Assembly (NCBI GenBank): GCA_964016885.1
Contig: OZ024742.1
Span: forward strand, 66,774,001-66,838,000
Source: Eledone cirrhosa
Taxonomy: Eukaryota
Direction of reading: 5' to 3'
Length of the DNA stretch: 64,000 nucleotides
Shown here: positions 26,740 through 41,284 of the stretch, piece by piece
Layout of the letters: each line of letters begins with the position of its first letter
Position numbering within the stretch: the first letter of the stretch is position 1
Made by a program: the position numbers and the translations under genes
The notes under the pieces: generated by a model
Told to the model about the DNA's origin: nothing
Database searches by the model: none
What the model saw: the letters and a program-made list of their open reading frames with translations, nothing else

Positions 26740-29300
26740 CTAGCAGTTTAGCCCGGCGTTGCTCGGGTTTGTTCATTTGCTATGAAAAGTTACATACAGG
26801 TAAACGCGGCTTGAAAGCGAATAAGCTTATCAATTAAGTGCATAAAGCAGTTAAACCGGTTACTAAAAGTTACGAACCAATCAGCATTTTGCACAATCAA
26901 TGATGGGTTAATAATCTTCCAATAGCGAATTTTGTAGACCAAAGTTGCAAGATGGTGGCCCTGATGCCGCTGGGTGTCAGATCTGTCCGCCATGGGTAAC
27001 CCTACCAGGAAATAGTTTTCCAGACGGCATAGCTCCAACACCTCCAACACCTACACCCACATCTATAGCACCTCTTTGTAGACCATATTGAGTGTCATCC
27101 CTTGAGGAGTGTAAGCAAAAAAAAGTCCATTCCTGCTCCCTACGCGGGAACAGGCAACATAAAGTTGGCCATGGCAGAAGCATGGCTCTCCCAAATGGAC
27201 GCCCGCCACCGACAATATTTGCCCTTGTGACTTGATAATGGACATGCAAAACATGGTCTCAGCGGGAATTGGGATCGCCGAAAATCGAACGGGATATCCG
27301 AGGGGAAAAGGTTAATCCTTGGAATGAAAAAATGCTCCCCTCTCCCGCACCCAGTTACAATGGTGGCCTCAATCAAGTGGGGCGTCAGTGATTTGACGAC
27401 CCTGTGAGTACCGTTGCCCTACTTTGGTGGACGCAAGTTCCTTATTAGCATAATGGGACAGCCAACCCCAAGCTTAAGAATGTGAGGTGGGAGCCCTGGG
27501 GCTCAAGGGAATTTAATAACTCAACCGGATAATTAACGATAACGTCGGGGTCTTACGTCCGGTCGATAGATTTGAAGATGTGCCCTTTACCGGGAATCTT
27601 CTCAATCAGCTGTTAGTTAATAAAATTAACCATGGTATTTTTCGGAGCAAGGATGGCTCTTTCCCTGAGCCAATCGAGGTTTTTAAAGTTCGATGAGACA
27701 TTTGGAAAAACTGCTTCCCAAAGGTCAGAAGGGCTGCTCACAATGTTGCACAGGGAGTCGATTGCTATGCCACCCTTGTCATCCTCAGGGACCTTGCCCT
27801 CACCAAGTGCTAAAATGTTCTGAGCAAATGTTGCAGACATGTTGTCACCATGCAAATGAGCACGCATATTTGTGCTCAGGTACAAACTCTTCAACTGGAC
27901 GCACAACATGGACGATTTAAGGCAGGCACGCACTTCATCAGCACTTGTCCCTTTGGGGATGACAGGCAGCGTTTGCCGAAAATCCTCTGATAGCAGAAGG
28001 GTTACGCCACCCATAGGAGCCGTATAAATCCCTAATGTCTTCCCGGGCCGAGTCCAATGACTCAAGGGCACCCTTGTGTGCCATTGTGCACTGATCCTAA
28101 ACAATGAGGCAACACTTTTTGAGAATCAGAGCTTCGTGTGAACACTTGCTGATATTGCATGTTGGTTTTTACTAAATCCAAGGGGAGTTTTAAGGTTGAA
28201 TGTGCTGTCCTGCCTCCTGGCAGCAAAGTAGCAGCGATCCCGGGCGATGCAACGGCCAACGCAATTTCTTTCTCCTGACGAATCTTAGCGAGAATCAATT
28301 TCGTTACAAAGGTTTTTCCGGTACCCCCAGGAGCATCGGGAAAGTAAATACACCCAGTCTGATTTTGAACCGCGTCAATGATAGTTAAATAGGCCAACCT
28401 TTGGTCCGACAGAAGTTTTGGCTCATTTTCCTTTAAGTATTGGAAAAGAGATTCTATGTCATATGCTGTTTCCCGCAACAAATCCGGGGCCAACGTGTTA
28501 GCTTCATCTCTGAAAGTTGACGACAACACAATACGTCGCCAACTCACTCCCACCCATGTCGAGGAGGGCGTCTTCGACATCAATGAGTGCTCTGTTGTAG
28601 ATAATGTCGCTGTAACCAACTTCAACGGAAGGATGATGCAGATGAGCCAGGCGTAGGAAGTCCTCAGACATGAAGTCTCTGTACTTGACCCATAAAGTTT
28701 TGGGATCACCCAATTCACACTTTTGAAGCAAAATCGCAAAGAGTTCCCGTAGACCTTTAGGTGATTTCAACAAAGCACCCTCTACTAAAGTGGAATCCCA
28801 TTGCGAATCATCTTCCAAAAGACCACGCTTAAAGCAGGCTTCCCGGTACGTATCACATATTTCTCCATCAACAGTTTTGAGGTCCTGAAAACTTTGTGGG
28901 CCTACAACTTCATGCAGAAGAAAGCGGAGAAAGCGGAGATGAAAGCACTCATGCTGACTTGGAGGCACAGTGTAAACCCTTCCAAGACAGCTGTCAAATT
29001 TTACACCAGGATGTCTTTTAACAGCCTGACCTGACTTTCTTCGCACCCAAGTGTTTTTCGATCATATAATGTAGGATGGAACCTGGGGTACACAATTGTT
29101 TGCGCAAATGTATCGAACTGGCAAAGTTTGAAGAAACCCGTCAGAGTGGACTCTTTCAGATCGGCGGCCAACTTGGCGGCGGTTTGGTCCGTAAAGTAAA
29201 CCCTTTGCCCATTTTTCAAATGTACCGCAAGCTGTACGATGGCGGAGTGCAGCAAATAAACAACCGATCAGAGAGAAGCGAAATGAGATGGCTGGTTTAA
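26740..29300 (-). mobile_element. 5'-truncated autonomous-type Helitron (unit 1)
   Basis: Contains the Rep-helicase pseudogene; 3' hairpin CCCGAGCAACGCCGGG then CTAG at 26740. Confidence 0.9.
27063..29255 (-). pseudogene. Helitron Rep/Pif1-family helicase, frameshifted and missing the N-terminal HUH domain
   Basis: Motifs across several frames: RVYTV..., GPQSFQDLKTVDG..TYREAC..RGLLEDD, DAPGGTGKTF (Walker A), GIAATLLPGGRTAHS, GG...LSEDFRQTLPVI, ERAILAPKN, FIPRI...RSQFPL, KSQGQ, HGQLYVACSRV. Confidence 0.95.
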
Positions 29301-29624
29301 GTTAACAATCGATGCAGCAACACACAACACACGCGCACACACACACACACAAACGAGACAACTACACACACACACACGCACACACACACAGTAGCATTCC
29401 ACCATACGAACATACTACACTGCCAATACAGAGGAACAAGGCAACAACACACGCACACACACACACACACTCAAGCGAGACAACAACACACACACACAGT
29501 AACATTTAACAAACAGGCAGAGAATCGACTGACAGCTAGCGCCACCCCACTCCCTCATTCGGCCGCTGACCTCTGCCCGACCGACCCCATTTTACGCGCA
29601 CGCGCGCTCTGCCGAATACCTCAG

Positions 29625-29956
29625 ATATTCAAAACAACAAACAGCGGAGGATGCGTTTCGCACCTGTCCGACAGACAACCTTTCACCCACCCCGGAAAAA
29701 AACCCTGCTGATGAATGTGAATCCGATATATGTAGGGAATATTAAATCTCTCCCAAGGTAACTCTCTCTCGTGTTGTTATTTTTATTTTATCCTTTATAC
29801 TCTTCCCTTCATTCTTCTACACATCTTACACATCTTATACACACCACGCATCTCAACGTACACCCACTTACATCTCTCTCTCCACCACCGGATCTTGTTA
29901 CCCGGAGATTTACCCATTTGCATTGTCGAGGCGTCCAAACGACTTAAAGATATTTA

Positions 29957-29960
<4 letters not shown>
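29625..29960 (+). mobile_element. single arm of family D Penelope-like terminus
   Basis: Closely matches 49066-49392 and ends in (TA)n. Carries CTGCTGA-T-GAAT-gtga-ATCC-GATA-TATG-TA. Confidence 0.85.
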
Positions 29961-30018
<58 letters not shown>

Positions 30019-30316
30019 TTAACAAGATATCGTTTAAGGTAATCCAAGTAGTGTTTATGAGTACGCTGTATCGAGGATAGTTTTAACGTTCGGCGTTATT
30101 TGACTCAACAAGAAGATTCCTTAAACGGGTGGCTGGTTTAAGAAAGTTCCTATGCAGGAGTTTCTTGGAGTAATAATAGTAAAACAGTGAAGAAACCTGA
30201 TTAAGGAAACAATTTTTTAAATTTTAAATAAACCCTATTGTACAGACGATCAAGTTATTCTTCATTTTTTTACTATACACACACACACACACACACACAT
30301 ACACACACACACACAT

Positions 30317-30362
<46 letters not shown>

Positions 30363-30568
30363 GTACAAATATAAATTAGCGAGAATCGTATCTCGGCTAT
30401 TGGAATTTAGCGAAAAACAACTTCCTAGATGTGTGGCAAGCGCTCCATAGATTCTAACGAACCAGAGCTACAACATACGTTAAAAGGCCAAACACACTGA
30501 GACGATGGTTAAACCATTATCCGCACAGCCATAGAAACGACCAAGTAATTCGGGTCAAACAAATAATA

Positions 30569-30599
<31 letters not shown>

Positions 30600-30799
30600 T
30601 ATAATACATAAATATTTATATGCACTACGTGTAGCCTTGTCTATATATACAAACATTACATACACTCACATGCACAAAAAGAAATAGGGCCGCTTTGTTG
30701 AATCGACGGATTTAAGAGCGGGTCGATAATGGAGTTGGTTCCATGACAGCTACGTACGACGCTGAGACAATCCTCGGTAAATCGCACGTTACATGCTGA

Positions 30800-31616
30800 T
30801 CTATATATATAAAACTGTGGTTGTCTGTCTGTCTATCGATTTTTGGCACACATCTCCTCTTAGAATCTCTGACGGAATTGCACCGAAATTGCTATACTTG
30901 TACATTGAGCCCTAGCGAAGACATCGGAAAAAAAATTTCAAATTGACCCACCCTATGTGACGAAATCGAATATAATGTATCGATTTTTGAGCGTAAGTTA
31001 TCAGTTATTTCCCTTTGTTCTGTTTACATTGAGCGACTTACGTAAAAAATTACGCTGGCTTTCTCAGCGTTTAAAATGACATTAACACAATACACGAACA
31101 GACAGTTGTCGAGCCAGCAAAATATTGACCTGCAAAATTCATCAGTTCGAACACTAAGCTTCCGCTTTGCTACATTTCCATTTAAAAGCATTTTAAAACA
31201 ATATTTTTACTTGAAAACAAGTCTATTTAAAGACTACGTAAAACAAGCAAATATTTCAGGCGTGCAGACAGACAGTCGTGCAGAGAGGTGATATAGGCGT
31301 GCAGACAGACATAACTGATAATTTGGTTACGCTAATGTTTTTCTCTGCGTTGCAGTGTTTACATTTTCGATCTTTGTTAATAAATAACCAGTGCAGTTTT
31401 TATCCCCAGCATCCTCTTTTGTTATAACATTCGGGTTATCGTTATGTTTTCTTAACTTCATAAGGCATATTGTTGGTTGAGGGAATATTAATCAAAAACA
31501 CCACATGCAAGTCTGCACAGTAGACACTACAGTTTTTAAGCCAAAAAAGAAACTTAACATTGTAACTTTAACACAGCTACTGAGCGACCCCGAGCAACGC
31601 CGGGCTTTACTGCTAG
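30800..31616 (+). mobile_element. complete non-autonomous Helitron (~817 bp)
   Basis: A|TCTATATATATAAAACTGTGGTTGTCTGTCTG ... CCCGAGCAACGCCGGG-CTTTACTGCTAG|T: 5' TC, 3' hairpin plus CTAG, AT target site. Confidence 0.9.
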
Positions 31617-31739
31617 TACACAATAAAACAGAACTACCTATCATCATCGTTTATTTTTATATATATATTATATATACATATTCAGTGTGCATCAAGTGCT
31701 CAAATTGGTACGACCACCAGTAATTTACAAAATCACTTA

Positions 31740-31789
<50 letters not shown>

Positions 31790-31791
<2 letters not shown>

Positions 31792-32255
31792 GATATTAAA
31801 CAAATGGAAACTATATTTATAAAACCATATTTATTTCATTATACATATTTCAGGGATACCATATTAAAAATATGGCATGCCTTTGTCAGATAAAATACAA
31901 TATATAAACAGTTTTATAAATAATTGTGACGTACCCTATTATAAGCGACCATTATATTTGGAAGCTGTCTGGATATTATATCCAGACAGCTTCCAAATAT
32001 AATGGTCGCTTATAATAGGGTACGTCACAATTATTTATAAAACTGTTTATATATTGTATTTTATCTGACGAAGGCATGCCATATTTTTAATATGGTATCC
32101 CTGAAATATGTATAATGAAATAAATATGGTTTTATAAATATAGTTTCCATTTGTTTAATATCGTATATCTACTCCAAAAACTTGTCGAGTGCTTTATATC
32201 AGTTATAAAATATTTACTTGTTGTAACCCAAAAATTTTAAATAAAACTTTTGCAT
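31790..32255. mobile_element. (TA)n-embedded palindromic Penelope-like terminus, family B
   Basis: ~187-bp arms around a single nucleotide at 31977 (GGATAT-T-ATATCC); unpaired extension 32165-32255. Confidence 0.9.
32057..32122 (+). ncRNA. minimal type I hammerhead-ribozyme-like motif
   Basis: CTGACGA (32065-32071), AGGCATGCCATATT-ttt-AATATGGTATCCCT, GAAA (32103-32106), TATG-TA (GUA triplet). Confidence 0.65.
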
Positions 32256-32398
32256 ATATATATATATATATATATATTCATGTATTTACTCGTGTTTTTG
32301 TTCAGGTGAAGATATATACTTTTACGTATGGTAGTTTAAATTTACCGGTGGGTGAGTTTTTGCTCTAAATTAGCCGATGAATATATATATTTATATAT

Positions 32399-32492
<94 letters not shown>

Positions 32493-32715
32493 TAATTTAA
32501 TATATCTACTAACATAAGCGCACAGATGCACGCCAATGCCACCAAATACACAGGTTATGTCATAGTACCTAGGTGGTTCAATGCAGTAGGATGCAGAACA
32601 ATAATATAAAAGACGTAAAATAAGAAAATAAAAAAAAAAAAAATTTTTAAGTGAAAATTTAAGTAAGTAAGTTAATTCTTTAACATTTTTTATTTTTTTA
32701 TTTTCTTATTTTACG

Positions 32716-32780
<65 letters not shown>

Positions 32781-33013
32781 TTCGGCTCTAGCTGTCGAAA
32801 CGACCTGAGCTCAGCCGTCATGTATATATTTGTGTGGGTGTTTGTCTGTGTGTGTGTGTGTCTGTATATGGTTTTGTGTATGGATTATATTCTTTTGTCA
32901 GTGAGAATATTTATACATATTTACCCGATAACAAGCAAATATAAATGCATTAACATACACATTTATGTGCATAAAATCGAAAAGGTGACTCATGCCCTAC
33001 TTTCAAACATAAC

Positions 33014-33094
<81 letters not shown>

Positions 33095-34394
33095 ATGTAT
33101 ATATATATATGTTTGTATGTATGTATGTTTGTATGTATGTATATACATAGAATCACACACACACACACTTTAGAAAACGAATATAGAACAGACGATTTAA
33201 TTTCCACTATATAGATAATATCAGTTGGTGTGTAACGATGATAAAAGAATTTTCATTGAAAATATGGCGACAGCAATGATCAAGTTACGTGCTATAAATT
33301 ACAATTTTCTTTCAACGACAAATTCTTCACATCGCGATATATATATATGTATTTATATATATTTCGCACAACGTTTTGTATGCACAATATTCAACAGGTG
33401 TGTGCCGTCTATGCAGGAATAAATATGTAGGCGTAACCAATAACATATTAGATGTGTATGGAAAACCATAAGAATAATTTGATGATCAAGCTGAAAGATC
33501 TCTGTCTCATTGCCTAGGTTTTGATCCACTTAAAATTGGCAAATATCCATGACATAAAACTTAATTTTATATGACTACACCAACCTTTCATGAACCGAAA
33601 CAAGACAATAAGTATACTAACAATGATTCTACACTTTGACAAGCTACTACCCCAGATATATATACATATATATTTGACAGTGTTGGTCCTTACATTATCA
33701 AGGCGTTGAAAAAGCAGTTTCAAGGAAACGTTGTTATTTCCAGATCAAACAATCCAGAAACAAAGCACAGATTCCGAAATGTTAGAAAATATGACCCAGC
33801 CAAGAAGCTTGATGTTTGCCTTCCATTGTAAATATGGGTTTCCGCAACTTACACCATTATTATATGTTATTTATTAAGAAAACGGTTTAGCATTGAGCTT
33901 ATCTGGAATAACACCATGACGAGCAGGAAGTCTGAGCGATATGAATGCTAATGCATAGAGAAAACATGTTAAAGAAAACAATATAAGCCTCTCCAAATCA
34001 GAAGTTACAAGACATTATAAAAAACACCCTGACAAGCGCTGGATATGAATTTCAGAATGCTGGATTCGTAATTGAAGTATACTTTCAAACCCTACCTACA
34101 AGAAACCTTCAAAAGCTTGTGTTGAGAGTCACCAGTGTATGAGGAATTTATGCGGAAAAAAAAGGGAACAAATAAATTAATCTAAACTAGTCTAACATAG
34201 TCTGAACCATGAAATGATCCATCTATAAAATTAGGGCTTACGTATTTTGGAAATGATACCAGCCGAATGAAATAACGACAGGCATACATTTGTATAAACT
34301 CAGAGAGCATTTGTGGAGAGATAAATACAACGACAGAGAGAGAGAGAGTGAAAGACAGATAGATATCACCATAGAAACTAACTACCGGAACTCC

Positions 34395-34503
34395 TAGCTT
34401 GTTGCCAACCGTTGTTGCCGGCTTGTGTGTTCGTTACTCGAGACACCTTTCGTAAACCAGCTTATTCGTGATGAGAGACGCTTGTGAACCGAGGTTCTAC
34501 TGT
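34395..34503 (-). mobile_element. Tigger/pogo-like terminal fragment
   Basis: Minus strand TA|CAGTAGAACCTCGGTTCAC resembles a Tc1/pogo-class TIR; only one end is seen. Confidence 0.4.
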
Positions 34504-34541
34504 ATATACACACACGCACATACACACACAGACACACATTC

Positions 34542-34574
<33 letters not shown>

Positions 34575-35049
34575 CATGCAGACCCCCCCCCCCCACACAC
34601 ACACACACATATATGTATATAGGCATGTTTGTTGCAGTAAATGTTATTTCACATAGACCTCTTGAAAGAAGAAAAGAAGTGAAACAAACTTAACTATAAA
34701 TTTGGAGATTTTCCAATTTCATTTTTAATTACATTGATGAAGCTTTCTCGATATTGTTCAATGAAGCACTTTGGTTTCACAAAAAAACTTTTCATAAAGT
34801 TGTATTTACAAAACATTAATCATCCGCGTTTTTTGAAAGTTTTTTCTCATTCAGTCTAAATTTCTTTCGACGCTCAATAGACACACTTGCTCAATATACA
34901 TATGGATACATAATTATATAAATATATGAATATTTGCATCCATTCTTCCATGCACAAATTCATTTATACACATATATACATAGTGTAAACCTACGCGTGT
35001 CTGGGTACAGCCAATTATTCAACGATATTGGCAAAAATATATCATTGAT

Positions 35050-37150
35050 TTTGCTGTCGTTGATGCCGCCTTAGTTGACTCCTCATACTAAACAGTGTCT
35101 TACATGACATACCACTCAGTTTACAGGTAAATTTCGCACATACTTGTGGTTGATTGGTGCTGCATGCTTTGTGGTGCAGTGTCATCTCATATGCAAATTG
35201 ACACGCTGTGGTACAGATGTCACATGCAAAATAGAGTTATGTGGGGAATTCAAAGGGGTTGTTTTCATATGTATGTCTTCTGTTATGGCTTAGTAGCCCA
35301 ACATTTGATATACATACTTCAGAAACCTGTTCGGAGAGCGGAATGAAATTCCCTATGTTTAGCATATCGATTCACTTCAGCATTGGCACTCTGCTTCTTT
35401 TCAAATTCCTTAACATTAGTAGTAATCAAATAATCGCCTTTGGGCTCTGTCAGCTGTAAGATTTCCTCGTAATGCGAGGCTGATGTTGACCTTATTCGGA
35501 GTATATTTCATGCATTCTTTAAAGCACCTACGCGGTTTGTACTGCAGGCGTTTGTCTTATAACAGTCTGTATAGAATACACCTTTTGTGGGGGGGTCTTC
35601 TGTCTTCAAGGCGTTCTATGCGTACTGAACAAGGCTTTAAGCACAAATGTTTGATATATTACAACGCTCCCGCACACACTGATATCGGAGGTTGCCCACT
35701 GGCACCTCTCCAATTTATTAAAAGCATTGGACGCTTTAGGCAACCGGTAGCTTACGTTTACTCCAAGGGTGCTGGTTTGTAAATGAACTTATCCACAAGA
35801 TTCACTATCTTACACCTGGCTGTTATTGATAATGGAATATACGGCTTTACATGTTCATGCTGGTATATTACAACTACTTTTTTTCGCAGGTGGATTGTCA
35901 GACAAAACTCATCCCACGCTGGCGCGAAGCAGTCCTCCGGAAGATGAAGGTATTTGTGTGGCTAACAAGATCACAGTTGTTTGCATAAACAGTAGAATAA
36001 ATATTTTTAATGCAATCGTCGATTGTTAAAGAGTCTTTATTTTCTTTGTCCTTATGCAATGGACATATAAACCCCGTAATTTGTCAGGGAAGCCCAGTTT
36101 CATGAGTATACTCCGTGGGGTTTGACTAATACCTGTATAAAATGCCTTTGTGAGACAGATAAAGCAATTGTACAGATTAAGCAGTTCTTCCTTACACTTC
36201 ACTTGCATCTGCCACACAGTGAACATAAAATCAGGCAGTGCCCGATATGGACGGAAACCAAACAGAGATTATGTTAGAATATTACGTGCATCTGCACACG
36301 ATTAAGAATTACGGAAAAATTTCATCAACAACTGATGGTAAAGTGATCCCACGGTAGTTGTCACAGAAATGTTTGTGAGCCATCTTATAATAGAAAATCA
36401 AAATGGCATCTTTTCATTCCTGTGGGTCCCTCATATCGTTGCATATGTTATGCAATAACGTTTACGTTAAGACCAGCTTGCCTCACTACTGCTGTCACTA
36501 TACCATCTTTCCAAGGTGTTTAGCCAACGTTCGTTTGTCTCGCTGCAGTCTTAACCGCTTCCAGTTTGGAGACTCATCAAACTTGTTAATGATGGGAGCT
36601 TGCTCCAGGACCTCAATTACATCGGGATGATGAGTGACATAGGTGGTCGTTAAAGTGTTCACGCCATTCACCCTTATTCTCATTACGTTTATGCCATGCT
36701 TCAGTACCATCATTTGACTGCAGTGCCGCAGAGAGTCTGTTGGATGGGTCATATACTGTGCTCAGTTCATGATACAATAATCTAGTATCCAGCTTCACCC
36801 ACTGCTTACATTATTCGAAAGCCATCTCCAGCCATAGCTGTGCCCCATTCTTCGATCATAACAATATGTCCAGATATGTTTCCTCTTTCCCTATAAGGCT
36901 TTCCACTAGTGGTGTATATAAAGTGAACCAATCCTTATGGTCTTCTTTTCATAACCGAAGGTCATGCCCGCTGCTTCATAATGCAGTTTGCATCATTCCT
37001 CTTGGTGACTTCAATTTGCTGAAGTGCTTCTAAGAATATTTCGCATTTCTGAGCAGGCCGAATATGAAAGAGTTATATGGAAGGGCTGCTCAGTCACTTG
37101 AATGCTGCCGAGTCGTACCATTGCCCATTTCATCTGACATTAATCTAATC
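35050..37150 (-). mobile_element. decayed RTE-type LINE (RT region)
   Basis: WREHF (~36660) and QMQVKCKEE..LYNCFICLTKAF...ILMKLGFP (36026-36226) match the RTE RQLQEKCREQ..FIDLTKAFD..L.K.G.P pattern. Confidence 0.75.
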
Positions 37151-38539
37151 AACATGATCTAAATCCCTAAAAGTTGATAATGTGGATCAAATTCCCATCG
37201 AAATAGCAATCAAATTCCCGTAAATGAAATAACATTCAAACACAAAGTATGCACTGTACAAGTTTGTCTTGACTACGGAATATAGCATGATAACCATTGT
37301 TTGGAAGCCTATGTTCATATTTCAGCTGAATTAAAGATGATATTGAGTCTAATCAAGAGCGGTATTTGCAGCAATTGAATATAACTAGAACAGGATACAA
37401 CATAGTTAGCTAATTGTCGAAGAGAATCTCTTACTGTATCTCTAAAATCTTCTCATAACTATTCAGAAAATATGATGCATTGAGTGTGTTTAATTTTCTT
37501 AGGGACGATATTTAAATACGAAGATTTCAGTGGTGCACGATGAGTGTTGAATGGTTTATTATCATTGGACGCGCATTTTTATCAATAGTACGAATATTTT
37601 CGTTAAAGCTGACTGAAACACTGCAATCTAGATAAATATCTGTCAGAATAATGCTTTCATCCTTGTTTGAAATCAGGAACATATCAATTTTTCCTACAGG
37701 GTAGTTAGTCTATAGATTTTATATTTCTCAAGAGTAGAAGCACATCAAACGAAACCTACGCTCTTTTTCTCTTCCAGAAAACCAGAAAGAGAAAAAAAAA
37801 TCGATATGTTGTTTGTAACAAGTAGATTAGATCTTATAACATGGGATATCAATTTAATATATTTGGTTATAAAATGTCGGTGATAATGGCTGAGGTACTA
37901 GAACGTTCAAGGAAATGCATTAGAGTATTTAGTTAACGGTTGATGTACACTTAATGCAATACCGTACTTAGTATATATCCTATAAGATGTAAGTTCAAAT
38001 GCTGCTTGATGCCACTTCTCCTTTATCATTTTACTGAAGATGAAATAAAGAAGCAATAAATATATTAAGTTTCATATTATGAACAACTGATAAACGTAAT
38101 TTCATGCCCGGTTTAGAACAGAGAGTTTTATGAAAGGGAAGAGCAGTGTAAATGTTTTTTTACAGTGGTATCTTGTATACTATCGTGTTCCTAGATCGAA
38201 TTCTGTTGTAGTAAGGAAATGTGAAAATCCCCCATTCGATGACGATATAACATACCAGACCCAACTCTTTCAGGATGTCACTTTAAACCGACAGGATAAC
38301 TTCTGTTTGAATACACAGTCTGCTGGATACGACTCCGAAAAACGTTCTGAAATCATTTTCTGCCATCTTTTAAGGAGGGACACATTAGAATATGCAATCC
38401 TGGATATGATAAATCATATGAAAAATGAGATACGTAGTTCTTAAAACTGATATGCTTTGGGGTATAGGTCTGTCTGATAGATTTAAGCAAGAAATATCAT
38501 ATTAAAAAGCTTCAGGTTCAGCTGTGGTATTTATTACAA

Positions 38540-39630
38540 TACTGTAACTTCCATAATGTTTCGGACGCCTTGATGTCCCTCACAACATTTTCAGTGGTGT
38601 CAAACCTAAAGAAAAGGTCAAAAGCGTGAAATTGATACATGTCAAATTGCAGATATCATCTAAATATGCCTAAAATTATATTGGTGTAGGTCCTACATGT
38701 GGTAATGTGCATTATCTTGCACAAAAATGGCAGGCTGGGCACAGGTGGATCTCATATAATGTACAGCATGTTCCTGTAGAGATTCTTTGTACTTGCACTT
38801 CTGCTGAAATTATTGTCCACACCATAAAACTTCCCACGACTCTTCTTCAAGCTATTAGCCTTCAATATTTCACCAAGTCTTCAACACACGTCCTTCTATT
38901 TGAATCAAACAAGTTAAACTTCAAATCATAGCTGAAGTAGGATTTAGCCCATTTGTTTTCAATATAAAGAACGAGTTTAGTGGTGATGGATAATTGAGCT
39001 TTATTGTCTTCATACTATTCTTCTTGACTGCTATATTACGAGCTTGTAGGTTTTGTGGGCGTAATACAGTCTACCTGGTGAAATTGATGTCCATAGAACC
39101 GCTGCTGATGTCTTGAAACGCTCTTATTTTTCCAATGTGGACGATGGCTTAATCAACTCTTTTCGAGGTTTTTCTTGGTTCACCCGTTGAAATTCCGTTG
39201 TTACATGAGACTGTGTCATTGTAACTTTTTACGCTTTATTCTTCCAGCTATGAAAGTGATGGTGAGACGATCTTCCGGGTGTAACTTAAAAATTGCCTCC
39301 CATATAGAGGCTGGTGATGCAAGTCTCCTATGCATATTCTATGAGTGCACGCACAACGCACTTGATAGATCAGCCAAACGGCAGCTAAACTCTCGCATAC
39401 ATCAGTAACACAAACATTTCGAAGAATGTCCGAATCATTTTCACAACCTCTTTTTTCAAATAAAAATACTCTTTTGCTAGTAATTCACGTTTCAATTACT
39501 CGAAAAGATGGTATCTATAATTTAACATATAATTTAACAATTTTGAAATCTTAGCGTAGCTTAATTATGAAGCTACTGAAAGTGTTGTGATGGACATTTA
39601 GGTGTCTGAAACATTATGGCCGTTAATCTA
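38540..39630. mobile_element. decayed Tc1/mariner-like element with TIRs
   Basis: CCATAATGTTTCGGACGCCTTGATGTCCCTCACAACATTTTCAGT (38551-38595) is the inverted counterpart of 39575-39619. Spacing of ~1.1 kb is compatible; no intact ORF. Confidence 0.5.
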
Positions 39631-40856
39631 TATAACAAATAGTTTTCGTAGAAAAAAAGAAAGAAGAAATTTCACAATATCACATTTCCTAAAACACCAC
39701 AGAATCTGGAATATTAGTAACTTTAGAATATTAGTAAAGAGGAATATATATTAGAATGAGACCACAATTAGGTACATCAGAGCCCACAATTAGGTACTAT
39801 GTCAGCCTACTCAAAGAGAAACAGAGGGTGAGAGATAGGGAGCAGAGAGAAAGAGTGTGCGAGAAAAAGAGAGAGAGGGAGAGAGAGAGAGAAAAAGAGA
39901 AAGAGAGAGAAAGTGAGAGAGAATGAGGTTAAACTGAAGCAATAATTAGATACACCAGCAATATATAATTTTATCTAACCCGAGAGAGACAATTAAATAT
40001 GAAGTTGTGTCCGTTCACGCAGCATGGATTAATGGCCAAGAAGTTTGGCTCACAATCATAGGATACCGGCTTCAATGCCACAGCGTGGCATCTTCAAGAT
40101 AGCACATTTTGCTCCAAGCATTCACCGTAAAAATATATTGATGCAAATTGTTTTTCACGAAAGTCAGATGGGCTTAACCGCAAATACTATGGAGCGGACA
40201 GGTCGATGTATCTAACGGAACTTCCGTGTGAATTAAGTTAAGCGTGCGTGTGCCTATTTAATGCTCAAGCTTTTATATGATAATTCTCCTGGCATGCTGT
40301 TCCCTCCATTTCAGGCCTACAACACTAGGATAACATAAATATTTATTTCAACTCATATAGGAAAAATGTACAGAGATATAAAGTTGATGTAGAAATTAAA
40401 CTGGGCAAAAACTTTAATACAAAGGTGATAAATTATATCTGAAGCTAATCAGAAAAAAAGCAAAAAAAAACAAAAAATAAAACACAAGACCAGTAATCAA
40501 GCGAACTAACTATGTACAACGGATTTAGAAAAAATCTTAAAATGCATGCTAAAAGAATTCGAGTTCAATATTTGGTATTTTACCATTTTACTATACGGCT
40601 AAAACCAATTTTAGTTGAGGAAATGGAATAATCTTTAGTTCTAAGAGCATTCTATATATTTCTACATATATTTACAACTTTGAAATTGATCGTATATCTC
40701 CAATAAACTAATAGCCATCACGTGTATACACACACACATATATATAATTGGATCTGCATTTTTGCGTTATGATAAAGTGTTAAAATGAAATAGACGTAAC
40801 GTTATGTATATATGGGTATGCGTGTATATATATATATTATCTACATATGGGTATGC

Positions 40857-40897
<41 letters not shown>

Positions 40898-40937
40898 AAT
40901 ATTTATATATGTATATATATATATTTATATATGTATA

Positions 40938-41015
<78 letters not shown>

Positions 41016-41086
41016 AATATATACATATATTTATATATGTACATATATAAGTATGTATATATATATACATATATTTATATATGTAC

Positions 41087-41117
<31 letters not shown>

Positions 41118-41193
41118 TATATATATGTATATATGTATATATAAACATACATATATATAAATATATATACATATATATATATACATACATCTA

Positions 41194-41284
<91 letters not shown>

